DNA of 64,000 nucleotides from positions 248,001-312,000 of the forward strand of contig VJWM01000044.1 in assembly GCA_010909165.1 (NCBI GenBank), read 5' to 3'. The position numbers and the translations under genes are program-made. The notes under the pieces are model-generated. The model was not told where the DNA came from and made no database searches. It saw only the letters and a list, made by a program, of their open reading frames with translations. This document shows, piece by piece, positions 51,520-64,000 of the stretch (its first letter is position 1; each line of letters starts with the position of its first letter). Source of the stretch: Anthoceros angustus (lineage: Eukaryota; Plantae; Anthocerotophyta).

Positions 51520-54500
51520 GCCTCAGCCTCCCACCTGCCCCGCTGGGCCTCACTGCCTCCCAAAGACCCCTCCACCCCACCCCCTCCTCCCTGGCCCGCG
51601 CCCGCCTCCTCCCTGCGCCCCGCCCTCCCGTGGCCTGCCCTCGCCCTCCTCCTCGCCCTCGCCCCGCCCTCCTCCTCCCTCGCGCCCGCGCCTCCTCCCC
51701 GTCCCCGCGCCCGCGCCTCCTCCCCGCCTCGCGTCCTCCCGGATCGCTCCGCCTGTCTTTAGTTTGAGACACCCGCCACTCATACTCGCATGGTTCTAAA
51801 ATCAAGCATGGTTGGTTTTACACAACCTCGCTGTGGTGGGTGCGATATCGGGGTTGTGCTGGGCAAAATACGGCAAAGTTGACATCCTATATGGACTGTA
51901 CATGGTGTTTAAAGTATACCACGATGAGAGAGCATCGTGATGGGCGAGGCATGCCACGCCGCCTTTCACACGCATTGATTGCTTGGAGATTGAGATGCAG
52001 CAGTGGAACGGCGCCCAAGACGGGGTCAGCCCCGGCGGAGCTGGGCCTCCTCACCCCTCACTTATTTTTTCAAAATTGCATCATCGTTGCAGATCGGGAC
52101 TTGAGCACACAACCTTTAGCTCTAATCCAGGAGACTCACCACCACACCAACACATTCTTTAACATTGTAGTTCGTCATTCGGATATATTTATCAGAATAT
52201 AGAAATAGGGGAGGGGTGGGGTGGAATTTAGCCGGAGTTAGGCATAACCTTTTTTTAGTTATTCCCGTCCTCCAGCAACACTCTCCTATTTCTCCGGCCC
52301 TCTAAACATAATTAGGTTCTTATGCCACTGAACCCATCTTGAGGGGGATCACGAGCTACAACGTCGTAGTCGTAATCCTACTTAGCTTAAGTTTTCATGC
52401 TTACAACGGCACAGTTGAACAGCCTAATTACTAGTTTCCAAAACTTGAACCTTTTCCCCACACTCCTCCTGCCCTCATGGCGACAACGAGTTCACCTATA
52501 TTTACTTCAGAACTTAGAGAGAAGGACAGGTTCAAAGGAGATGGCTACCCCACCTGGCGCGTAAGGATGAAGACCACTTTGCTAGCATGCGATGTGGGGC
52601 ACGTGGGATGATCATATAAGCAGTCGATCCAGTTGTGGAACTAAAGTTTGGGGCAACCAGCCCAAAAGAGCAAGACGCAATGTTTGATTTTTTGGCTAGG
52701 AACGATTGAAGAGGAGCATGCTGTGAAATTTTCTCGAGAATCTTGAAGGAGTTGTAGGATATTGTTAGGAAGGCGAAGAGGATATCCGAGGAAGAAGAAC
52801 GGGTCAAAACGACCCCGTGCAAGGCGTGGCAGTCCAAGGGCGGTAGGTCGACATCATCAGAGGTCGCCACACCACGCCGTAGGTCGAGAGGAAGGGCGAC
52901 TACCGGGTAGGCCGAGATCTTGGACAAAAGGGAAATTAGGATAGGGAGATATCCACTATATATGCCCACCAATAGTGGACTAGATAAATGGGTCGAATAG
53001 GAAATTAAAAGCTAGATTGGGCGTTAGGAAACTAGGGGAAATAGTATCTTAGTATAAGAGGAATTGGGAAACTCCAATCAATCAGAAAAGGTGCCACGTG
53101 GTGCATATCCAAGGGCGAGTAGATTGGTAGTTACCATTCCTAACCCCAAGTTATCTTTATAATCTGCATGTGTGTAGGAGGTCACAACTTGAAGGTGAGG
53201 AAGCGCCAACACCGCAGAAGGCGCCGCCACACCAAGAGTCAGAAGAGCCCCACACAAGATTCGATGTACGTGCGCCTGTGCAGGATAGAGAAGAGGCGCA
53301 AGCTAGGCAGCAGAGAGGAAAATAGGCAAGACAAGTAGGGGTGCAACAAGAGAAGAAGAAGGAAGGAAAGGGTGGAAGGAAGAAGGCAATGCTTGCCCAA
53401 GCCAAAGGAGTGTTGGGAAGAGCAAGGCATGTCAAAATTGAAGAGAAATTATGGAGAAGGGACTCTCAACTCTGGAGAAGATGTAAGAACTGAACCTTAG
53501 AGAATTCCTTCTTCAAATCACAGAATTGGAAACTCGTATGGAAAAGCAAGGGTATAAGAGCTAGGGGAATTGTGAGCAAGGGCGAGGTCAAGGCTGTGTG
53601 TGTGTGGAAATTGCAAGGAGCTGGAAGGTTCTTGGCATCCATTCGAGATTGTCCATCTCGAGGCCAAGCATGGAAAGACCATTGCCTTTTATGAAGAAGA
53701 CACTCGGAGGACAGCATCGCAAGCGCAAAGATCAAGGCTGGAGGACTCGCAAGGAAGAGGAGGAAGGTGGTAGAACCCGAGGGGTTGTCCGAGGAGGAGG
53801 AAACCTCCATGAGCGAGCCCAGAGGAGCTCAAGAGATGCAGATAGGGCCAAATGGTGTATAGGGAGACGCCTACCATGGTAGGTGCACACCCTACCGTGA
53901 TAGGAACAACACGTACAGGAGTGGGTACCCACTATAGCTGGGTACCCAAAGACCGTGTAGGTAGGCAGCCCACGTGGTAGGTAGGCAACCCACCAGCAGG
54001 AAGGGAATTGGAGAGTGCCTAGCACATGTTGCGCAGGGTGAAGGCCACAAGGCTAAGGATGAAGAAGATAGAGAAGAGAGCTGGAGTTATGGTGCACCAA
54101 TGCTAGTCATTTGCAAGAGGAGGCCATGGCGGCCAAGCATGTGGAAGTACTTGCAAATGGAGTAATGATGTGAGGATGGCATGATAGGGCCGTGTCGAAC
54201 TAGGAGAGGCCATGGTAGAGCTCTCATGGCAAGCTGAATTTACCGGGCAAGATGGAGGTGCCAGAAGGTAGTATTGCGGATGGGCTGCAATATGGTGAAG
54301 GAATCGCAATGGGGTGTGCATCATGAAGGCAAAATTGCATTGGGCTGCAAGTAGGTGTGAAGGGAGGTCGTTGGTGGCGAGGAGAATTGGGCAGCAAGGT
54401 AGGCTGATTCGAGAGTTGGTCAAGGAGTTCGCTAAGGAGAAATGTGGAGAAGGAGCTTGGTGAGGAGTTCAATAATGAATGAAAATGTATGGAAAAGTGC

Positions 54501-57500
54501 ATAAGGAACTTGGTGTGTTGGATATGGGGATATAAGAACTCGAGTTAAGCGTCCTATGGGCGGATCAAGGATGGGGTGCCTTTTGTGTGAGGAGTATGAG
54601 CTTATATTTGCAAAAGACACGGGAGCTGATTGGGAAAGTTCTTAGTAGGGGAGTTGAGCACGGATTTTGGAGGCTGAGGATTGAGCTTTTTCCTTGGTTT
54701 TGATGGGTAGGATGGTCTCTATGGGAGCCTAGGCCAAGGAGATGCAGGAATGTTGCTCTTGCACAAGAGCTGAAGGATTGATGACTTAAGAGCCTTCTTG
54801 GTGCAAACCAACTAGGGTCTTGAATTTGTGCAAGATGGATGGAAAGGATCCTTAGATTCATGGTGGGATTGATGGCTACGATAGAAATTAGAGGTTATGG
54901 CTGTATAAATAATGGATGGGATATGGCCACATGCTTGCAAAGAACCACTCAAATCTATGGCTGCAATTTAGGAGCCTGCTATAATTGTCGATGAGAAGAC
55001 TGAGCTTCTAAAAGTGCAGAGAGGGAGTGAGCTAGAGCTTGTGTGTGCGCCTCACGTGTGTGCCTTCTTAAGAGTGATGCCGCCATCTCCTCTTGGTGTT
55101 CTCTTTCTTGTGGCACCAATTTCTTGGGTCTTGGTGTGCCTTGGCTTGGTTTTGAGAGTGAATTTCTTCTAAGAGGGACGCCTTAGTGTTCTTGGTGCTT
55201 AGCTTGGTGTTTGTTCTCCTCATGGGATTGCTAAGAGCCAAGCAAGGATGAGGCTGTCTGAGGAAGCTGTGGATGCCGTGAAGGGTTTCAAGGCCAAGAA
55301 ACCCCAACTCATGAAGCGCATGGTGGTAGTTTGGAGTGTAAACCCATTGCCAAAAATATTGGGCGATGGCATGGTGTGGAGGCCTACAATAATTGTGAAG
55401 AGGAGGATGCTTGGGCCACACGATGATGATAGGGAGGCCCTGCGTGATTAAGGGGGCCTTAGATTTTGATGAGGTCACAAGCGATATGGACTCGAGGAGT
55501 TTGGAGAAGAAATGGCGAGAGAGGAGCCCATAGTGCCACAAGAGGAAGAGGGAGGTAGAGGGAGAAGGCCGAGAGAGAGGCAGGCGAGGGGGCGCCTGAG
55601 GCGCAGTTGAGGCGGCAGTGCGAGTGGTCCGTCAAGGAGGCAATGGATGCAAGTGCTATTGAGGGGAGAGCGATGGTAGGGAGGCAAGTACTTTGGCCCC
55701 ACAGAGATGTTAAGGAGGAGGTTGTCTCCCTAGGAGAATGAAAAATCACAAAGAGGAGCTCAACCTACCAACATAAGTGTGAGTAAGGAGGTCACTTGTT
55801 CCACAAGTGAAGGAGAGGAGGATGAGTCCCGGCGCCAAAGGAAGGAGATGGAGCAAGGTAGGGGGTCACCCTACCACGAGGTGACACCCTACCACGGTAG
55901 TCCGCCACTGCGGGTAGGGTCACACCACGGTCCGCTGACTACGTAGAAGGTACCTCACGGGGACTGAGCCAGCCACGAAGGCCCGATTGAGGATGAAGGA
56001 GCGGGGATCCGCAACACACCCCAGGAGACAAGGTGGAGAATGCCCACGGAAGACCAAGGACGGGTCCGTGAAGGAAGGGGAGGGTAAGAAATTCCCTCAC
56101 CCCACGGATAAGGGAGGAGCCGTGAGCCAAGAGAGGAGACCAACGCAAAGAAGGCCCGGAGGAATTAGCGAGGTGACAACATCGTCAAAATGGGGAGGAA
56201 CCTTTGAAAACATGCTCCATAATAGGTATGGACAAATCAAACAACAGAAAGGAGCAAAAAGGATCTCAACCCTGTGGACCATCACCGATGAGGAAGAGGG
56301 AAGGAGATAGGGACCAGACCACATGTAGGTAGTCACCACCCCGTAGTCTCGCTGACTACCGCGTAGGGTGCCCTTTGAAGGAGCGCACAAGGAGGCTAGA
56401 AGATGGGCCATCTGAGTGCGCTAAGGGGCGACCCCGGATGGCAAGAGGAATGGGCGCCCAGAAGAAGGTGAAGAAGGGGCAGGAAGGTACTCTGCCCCAA
56501 AGGTCGAAGGGTGTGGACTACGGACTTCGGGGTTGTAAATTGTAGGTTTTGTTTTTTTTGTAGGAGTAAAGGATAAAATGAGGCAAAAGGGGAAATATAA
56601 GCACAAGCCGGACGGCACTGAGTATACTCCGACCGAGTGGGAACACCTAGGCCTCACGATGGCAAAGCGACAAGGTAACGGATAAGTCCGGACCCACCTG
56701 TGACCGTGGTGATAAGTACGCCAGAAAGTAACTTAGAAGGACCGACCAGGCGACCACGTGGACGACCCCGAGTGGAGGACGGCATGCGCGGGTCAGACCG
56801 TGAACCTGCTGCAGGGCCGTTATAGCAGTATTCACGCGATCGCGCGCGTAAGGCCGCAGTACTACAGTCAGAGGGGCCGAAAAAGCCATGCACTCGCCAC
56901 GGACAGGGAAGAGGCGCCCCCGCCCGCCTCCCGGCGTGGTCGCGAAGAAGGTCATTGGCACCGAGACACCCCTCGCGATCCTCGCGGCCCGCACCGCTCG
57001 CGGTATCTCGTGGACACTCAGACGCCTGCGGCTCACCGTTGAGGTCGGAGCAGCGAACGCGGCGAAGAAGGCGCAACGTGCCAGCCTCGACAAGCGGCCA
57101 CAAAGAACCAAGGGAGGAGAAGGCGATGGCACCCAAAAAGCCCGCGGAAGTTTGGGAGCCATGGAACCTTGTGGAGCGCAACATTGTGACCCGCTATCCG
57201 GACTTTGGGCTCGCCCGTGAAGCGGAGAATTGGTGCAGGAGTGGCTGTGTTCCATGGTCCGACATTCGACAAGGTTACCGTCCGGAGTTTGCCCAAGATG
57301 CGGGCGGTCAACAAGGAGGTGCGGTCCAAGAACCTCCGAGGACCCAAGGCGATGGACCTTGAGGTCCCGAGGCGCCTACAACCGCCCCAAGGAGGAAGAG
57401 GGGGAGGGTGCCGAGCCCCAAGATAGGCCACCCAGCAGCTGGCGGGACGAACGACCACCAACGGTTGGTCGATATCCGACCTGCTGGACGAAAGGGCGGT

Positions 57501-60500
57501 GGCCCGGATCATTGTCCATCGAACTACTACCAAGGTGGATCACCTTGGTGATAATCTTAGTGTTCCCGCACGCTGCAGCCGGGAAGAGGGCGGACCGGGA
57601 AGGATTATCTTCGCCGCTTAGCCGAGGCTCGCAAGCTCAGACCGAGAAGCCTTCGCCATCTGGCCGCCACCCGATCCATGTATGGGGGCAGCCTCAAGGA
57701 AGGAGAGCTTGAGCGAGCCCGAAGGACCGGAGGCCCCGCCAAGTGGAGCGGCAAGGGCGCCGGAGGGGAGGTCCGTCAAAACCAAACGGACTGGAGGAGG
57801 ACGACCGAGGATTCCTGACTCCATACGCCCGAACGGACCCTCACCACCTGTGGAAGTATGGGAAGCACCCGCCTCCTCCTTCCGTGCCCCAACCGTAATG
57901 CCCAAAGCAGAAGCACCTGACCCCAGCAGCCACCGGCCATCACTCCTACGAGGAGCCCGACCTGTGAGAGAGTCAAGAGACGCAAGACCACTACCAACGC
58001 TGCACCCTGGGCCGACTTTCCCCCGCCGACGAGTGGCAAGGAGGAAGTGAAGGAGGGCGTAAAGGGACGCCTGTGGAGCAGGAGGACACCGCAGCACTGA
58101 TCCAGAGCCGGGTCCCGCCCGATGTGAAGGGGCAAAGGGCGTGCTCCCTGACTCCATCACCTCCGCCGAGCCCTGTGGAGGAAAAGGGCGAGAAGGAGCT
58201 GCCAAAAGGGCCAAGGAGGGGAAGCCCGAGCCAAGACTCGTGACCCTAAGGGTCCCGATTGTCCGAGAACCCACCGACTTGCTCCGGGTATGGAGGTCCT
58301 CGACGATCGTGAGATGCCGGCCTCCGCCACGGACTTTGTGGGAGCCTCACTCCGTGGAAGAAACACGCTGGTCCTGCCATCATTATGGACGTATGCCTGG
58401 GTCGGGATGGCCGAGAAGACCTGTGGAGGTAGAAGCCACCCGAGGCGCATGGTACTCCTCCGTGAGCTTGGGGAGCCCAGAGGCGAGAAGGAAGGCCAAG
58501 CTCCGGATTGAGGAAGGAAACGGGAGGCGGAGAGGGAGGTCCGTCCATCCGCAAGGACCGGATAAATTCCTTCACCGAGGAACAAGGTGCCAAGGAGGCC
58601 CAAGCGGGCGGAGGACCTCGCAGTGAGGCGAGCGCAGAAGGTGAGACGCCCGGCGCAAACGGGCGCGGATCTCGCGAGGCGCCTGACCGACCAGAGCTGT
58701 CGAGAGGCTCGTGAAGGTGGCCAAGGAGGCGGAGGCCACGGCCGATCGCGATCACTATCGGCGTGATCGAACCGGAGGAGAGGCCGAGAGAGCCACGGCC
58801 AATCAAGGCCGAGCAAGTGGTCATGGAGCAAGCACGGCCGAGCCGTGAGGAGGCATCGGAGGCCAGCCCGGGAGATTGGGGACCTGTGGCCAGAGGTAGA
58901 GGCAGGGCGGGTAGAGCCGGAGGACAAGAAGGACACCTTTGGAGTTGCAACCCAAGATGCACGGAGCAGGGGTTCTCAACGAGAGAATCCAAGACTTCGA
59001 GCGAGAGGTAGAACCAGCCTTGAAGACGGAGGAGAATAGGCGACTGCAAGGAGTTCGACGCAAGGTTGCAGCAGGATGCGGAAGCTGTGAGTTTGACGGG
59101 ATACCCCGCCGAGAAGGAAGTGGACCGGAAAAGATATAGAAGAAAGCACCGGAGGAGAGGCACAGTCCGGCCAGGAAGGAAGGAGCTCAGCCCATGGCCC
59201 GCAGAATCAAGGAGTCGAACAACGACGGAGGAGGAGAACGCCGAAAGAAAGGTTGCAAGAGGTAACTGAGGCAGCCTTGACGGCCTCAAGGGAGTCCGCC
59301 ACATACCGTGGCCACGGAGACGCCACAGGGCGATCCGCCGCTGGAGCACCTCCGAGGAGGGAGTACCGTGCTGGCTCATGTAGAGGAGGCAAAGAAGTCG
59401 ATTCCGACCTACTACCACGCAGAGCTCCTCAAGGCCTGAGGTCCCGCGCCACCCTAGGCAGGAGGTGGACTCGGGATGGAAGGAGGAGCGAGAGAGACGG
59501 ACCCGGACAAGACAACCGCGGAGTCCTAGGAGCGCTGCTTGACGACAGCAGCAGCAAGCGAGGGAGAGCAGCGAGGAACCGGAGGAGAGGGTCGCCACAC
59601 GGGAGGTAAGCACTCGCATGGAAGGAACGAGGGAGGATCTTGAGAGGAAGGAAAGGTGCAACCGGGCATCTGGGAACCAAGGGAGGGCTCAGATGAACCC
59701 GTGACTAGCCCTGAGGAGGCATGCCCAGAGTTCGAGGGTCCTGACTTTGGGACTGAGGAAAGGCCGATCCCGAGGTCCGCCTCAAGGAAGTCCGGACTTA
59801 GGGATCCAGACTTAGTGACGAATCCGGACCCCGAGGTCCCGACCCTGGAAGGGTTGGGTCCGTAAGACCGACCTGAGGCAAGTCCCCGAGGACCGACTCA
59901 AAGAAGGTCAGCCCAGAGACCTGACCTCAGAGGGAAGACCGGACCTAGAGGTCCTGGACTGAGTCGACAGGTCCCGAGGTCCAAACCGGGAGTGGGGAGA
60001 GCCACCACCACCCCAGCAGATCCCTTGAGGGCCCACGCGCAGGGCCCGCCAGAGAGAGAAGAGGAGGACGAGGAAGACTTGGTGGTGATGTTGTCGCCGC
60101 CACGGTGGCGCACCGGCTGCACCCCTGGAAGAGGAAGGGGTCCTGGATCATCCGATTGCGCACCGGCTGTGGCTTTCCGTGCCAAGAAGGAATCAGGCTA
60201 TCTCCCCCACCACCGACGGCGATAGGTAGAGGAGTAGGCGGCTAGTTAGGCACACCGAAATGGCCCTCACCGTAATAGAGGTGTAATAAAGGCCCGACCT
60301 TCGTAGTATAAGAGGGCTAAGGTCCCAATAAATCATCTTCTTGGTGTTGATGCCGCTCTGCACCTTTGTGTGTCTTCTTGCTAACGTGAGTCCCGAAAAA
60401 GCAGCACGATGCCCGGGAGATTGATCGTGGTCCCGTGACGGACCTAACGTGTTGTGGTGTGTGCAGGGTGATCGGGTGACCTGCGTCTCGGAGCCGCGCC

Positions 60501-62290
60501 AAAGACCGAACGGATCGAACGTGAGCCGAGGAACTCGGAGGGGCGTGAGCGAGAGGCCCATGGAACGACGAGGAGGTCCGATCAGGTAACCCGCGCTGCC
60601 TTTTCTAAGACCGATGAGTGTAGCGTGAGGAGAGAGAGGAAAGGACCGAAGTGTGAGTGATTTAATGTGAACGATACGGACGCGAACGGGTCCCTAAACG
60701 CTTGGCCATACCGGCCGACGGTGAACGCTATGAGTAGTTAGCATGCGCTGAGGCCGAACGCGCAGTGAGGTAAGAATCACCAAACGCTGCAAACGGAGCC
60801 TATCATTCCTTTGGGGAAACTGACTCTCCTACAACGACACGGATTGTGGCGCGCCTGGCCATCACGAAACGCCACAAAGGGGCACTGCCCCAAAAGTCAG
60901 AGGGGCCGAGGTCAAGACCAAGAGCAAAAAGGGAAGACCAAAGAAAGGGGGATGAGAAGACCAACCAAGGGAACCCGCCACCCCAAAGAAGATAAGGACT
61001 GAGAATTGTCAATGACCATAAATGAGCTTTGGGGAATGGGAAGGATAGGTGGTGTAGGTTGGCAACATTAAAGAGTGGCCATAGGTGAAGTTGCTAGAAT
61101 AGAATTTACCAAGGATCGAATAGACTTAGATGCCAGCCTTAAATGTCAAGTGTAGGAAATAATAGAATATTGGAAAAGGTGACCCGCAGAGGGTCACCCA
61201 AGGGAGGTTGTATGTGAAGGCCTCCTATAAGAGGAGGAGGATTTCACAAAGTAAAGTATCATGTCTTGCGCCCACGCCATCGAGTCCTTTGCCATTACAG
61301 AGGAATTTCGTGTACCGTGAGCCAACACAGTCTGTAGAGAGGAAGTCGGTGGTGAGTGTTTGGTGGAGGACTTGCTCGCAAGTGCCTAAACGAGTTGCCC
61401 CCTTGTGAATGGTTGCCGGAAATTGCTTTGCTTTGGGTGTGTGGCAAATGCCTGCAGAACTCTCTTGAGGGTAGACTACAGGAAAGACTCGAGGTTCTCA
61501 CCGTCTGTGTCAAACTCATAGCAACCGCCCAAGGAAGAACTTGCTGGTGGAGGCGACCCTGTGCCAGCCGTAAGGGCGAGTCGAAACCAAGAAGCCCGAA
61601 TCGAGGTTAGACTAGGAGGAAGAGGATGAGGAGATGAGAAGATGAGTAGAGGATTAGAGGTGTAGGTGTTAGTGGAAGGCCACAGGCGAGAAAGGGCCAG
61701 ATCCCAAATCCAAGTAAGCAGCGCTCACAGGTGGAGAAGAGTAGTCTTAAGTAGGGACGAAATCGCGGTGTGAACCGGGGTCCACAGGCGCCGTGGTAGG
61801 CTCTTTGTGGCGGGACACCTGGTATGTGTTGTGGGTGAAGTTTGGTCTTAAGTAGGGACGAAATCGCGGTGTGAACGGGGGTCCACAGGCGCCGTGGTAG
61901 GCTCCTTCTCTTTGAGGCGGGACCATAATTGTTTTGTCGTGTGGGTAGGGTTGGATTTTCGAGATGCAAGTGGTGCACTTGTGAGAGGGAGAGTAGTGGC
62001 GCCTTGCTTGTTGGGAAATGAGAGTTGTGCGGTGGCGATTGGTGACCACGAGGCCTCGAACTTTCACACAAGTCTCATGGGGCGAAACCCAGCGTCTGAG
62101 CGGCGATAAGTGTGGCGCTATAGTGGGAGGACACAGGGGTGCCCTGATTCTCCCTACCACACACACACTGCCTACTCCGCGAGAAATTGCCAAGTGGGAC
62201 CGAGACAATGCCATAGCGGTGGCGATGCTTTGGCCGGACTCGGGATCTTGTCCCAGTGTTGAGTTCTACAACTCGCCGAGTGAGATCACG
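51520..62290 (+). repeat. Copy 2 of the ~10.8-kb direct segmental repeat (includes a third MULE TIR at 51762-52000)
   Basis: Colinear with 28770-39595. Confidence 0.92.
57127..59700 (+). pseudogene. Gypsy family-A-related 3' extra ORF, second plus-strand copy
   Basis: MAPKKPAEVWEPWNLVERNIVTRYPDFGLAREAENWCRSG. Confidence 0.6.
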
Positions 62291-63330
62291 GGGCCACTTG
62301 GAGAGACATACAAGGTCCAAAACTTAATGACACTTTCTGTGCGGACAGACAAGAGTTTTCGCCTTGGAAGATGAAGGACAAGGGGGGACAAAAGTGGCCG
62401 ATTCCACACCTTAGAGCCCAGCTCACCTCGGCGGAGAAGATGTCGGAGGTAGATGCTGTGGCGCAGTTCCTCACAACCCTTCCTCCCTCCTACCAAACCT
62501 TTGTCACTAGTCAGAACGGCCCCCTGCAAGCTGCTTCTACTGCCTCTGGTGCAACAACGACCATCACCTTGGAAGAAGTGATCGGTGCGTTGTTCCAGGA
62601 GGAGCAAAGTCGCGCCTTCTCATCTGACGTTGTTAAGAACAAGATGGACAAGGTGTTAGCAGCCAACTTCCGCAGAGGCCAACCACCTAAGGACAGAGGA
62701 AGACCGAGGAGCACCTCCCCACGGTCGTGGAGGCGTCCTCTACTAGGCGCCCGGTAAGCGCAATTGGTGCGCATACGGACCGGAACGGTAGTGAGTCTGA
62801 AGAAAAGGCGGGTGAGCCCGGCTACAAACCCAAGTGTACCGGCGATCGAGGGGCGCTCGAGAGGCACGGTGAAGATACTCACGATGCGCCTGCTCCATGA
62901 CGGCGGTTGTTGGTACCTCGACTCGGAGCTACCACACATGCAGGAATGAGAGTCTGTTCACCACCTTGACCTTGCCTCGGGGCCAACAAGGTCATGTTAG
63001 GCTGACAATGAGCGAGTGCTTGTGGATACAAGGCAAAATTGTGTATCTTCAAACTCAACGATGGCTCATATCTTTTCTTTGGAAGACGTCCTCTTCGTGC
63101 CCACCATGGCAAAGAACTTGATGTCCATGAGCCTCATGCGCCCAAAGAATTCAACTGCGAGCGGATCATGAGCACCTGCTGCTTCTGGTAGCTCCCCGGA
63201 CACCGTGGTGTTCAAGGACTACCTATCGGGATCTGTCACAGCTCAACATCACACTGGCCAAATTTGCACAACACTCATCTCGCTCTCACCGGAGCCCCTC
63301 GAGGCTTTTACGGAGAGAGGCGGACTCAAC
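62030..63330 (+). pseudogene. Internally deleted Copia polyprotein: gag, protease, then RNase H tail (no integrase or RT)
   Basis: EKMSEVDAVAQFLTTLPPSYQTFVTS...ITLEEVIGALFQEE (gag); WYLDS (protease); EDVLFVPTMAKNLMS; then within ~100 bp LSPEPLEAFTERGGL (resembling the RNase H end), PPT and LTR. Confidence 0.8.
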
Positions 63331-63465
63331 ACTTTGTCCTCCCGGCCGGATATCACGCCGTACCACTGCGTACCGGCTACAGGCGGATCAAGCTGAGCTT
63401 CACCTAATCGCTGAAGCCTTCCTCTAATCCAATTATCCTAAATAGGGTATTAAGTTTAAGAGGGG

Positions 63466-63642
63466 TGTTAGAGATAATAAGTAAACGTTAATATTATTTA
63501 GTGTCCTAATTATCTAGGCCATAGGGTTTAGCGAAGAGTCACCAGTGTCACTTTCCTAGTATTTAAACACCCATGCCTTATGGCCTTGTTAACCTAATTC
63601 ATTTGTTGAATTACAAGCTTAGCTCTCGCTACATTTTCTATA
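63466..63642 (+). repeat. Short Copia 3' LTR
   Basis: Near-identical to 24322-24494 apart from one ~8-bp indel and a few substitutions. It ends TA rather than CA and is followed by the TSD CGGTT. Confidence 0.93.
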
Positions 63643-63647
63643 CGGTT

Positions 63648-64000
63648 TCCCGATGTGTCCTTACTCCAGTGATCGCTACCTGTCCCTCCTTACCTTCGGA
63701 TCCCGATCAATGGTTTGAAGTCATATCTCCTTCCTTAGAAGTGTAGTTTTATGCAGCGAGTCCCGGCCGAGGGCCTTCTTGATACCTCGTACCCCAGTCC
63801 GGCGGGCTGATGACCCACAGTCCAATGTGTAGGTGCCCCTGCTGTGGTTGCTTGACTCGACAACTCCCATACAGCGCGCCGTGACATGTCCGCATATCCC
63901 AGGGTTTTGGTGGATGGCTCAAATCTTATGAACCCTAACGCTTGCTGTGGCCTCCGTGATGAGGTTGACTCGACCCGTGTCCAAGGGTACGCGTTTTTAA
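63648..64000 (-). pseudogene. Gypsy family A aspartic protease (upstream continuation of pol at 21330-24321)
   Basis: The reverse strand from the window end reads KRVPLDTGRVNLITEATA (D-T-G protease motif). Confidence 0.85.

Larger units (their letters stand above)
24322..63642 (+). mobile_element. 39.3-kb unit bounded by Copia LTRs; internally deleted Copia carrying large nested content
   Basis: LTRs 24322-24494 and 63466-63642; PBS TGGTATCAGAGC at 24495-24506; PPT AAGAGGGG at 63458-63465; TSD CGGTT at 24317-24321 and 63643-63647. The host Gypsy pol resumes at 63648. Confidence 0.9.

Noticed and set aside
58246-59661. 471-aa minus-strand ORF
   Set aside because: It is the antisense shadow of the purine-rich extra ORF, is Ser/Leu/Pro-rich, and is not open in the sister copy.

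Overview
This window is eukaryotic, almost certainly plant, and consists almost entirely of transposable elements. I found no intact host gene, rRNA, tRNA or CRISPR array. The mix of CRE-clade non-LTR elements, a Sola-like DDD transposase and Athila-like Gypsy elements suggests a non-flowering land plant (inference). Layout: (i) the right part of a CACTA element (1-5864) abutting a CRE reverse transcriptase fragment; (ii) the 3' half of an Athila-like Gypsy ('family B', ~6745-10200, minus); (iii) a 5'-truncated CRE element with RT, Zn-knuckle and REL endonuclease (~10715-12590); (iv) a minus-strand Athila-like Gypsy ('family A') running from beyond 64000 down to ~12593 and interrupted twice, by a full-length Tork/Tnt1-like Copia (13265-18414) and by a 39.3-kb unit (24322-63642) bounded by two short Copia LTRs with a perfect CGGTT target-site duplication. 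That unit retains only gag, protease and an RNase H tail of its own Copia. It contains a MULE, a ~10.8-kb direct duplication, a cryptic ORF with a two-helix hydrophobic segment, pol-less Gypsy derivatives with a 3' extra ORF, a Sola-like transposase and a Gypsy 5' half. Nearly all ORFs are broken by 1-bp indels, and repeat copies differ mainly by indels and in GC-rich tracts, so some apparent decay may be sequencing error. All similarity statements are from by-eye reading; no alignment or database search was run.
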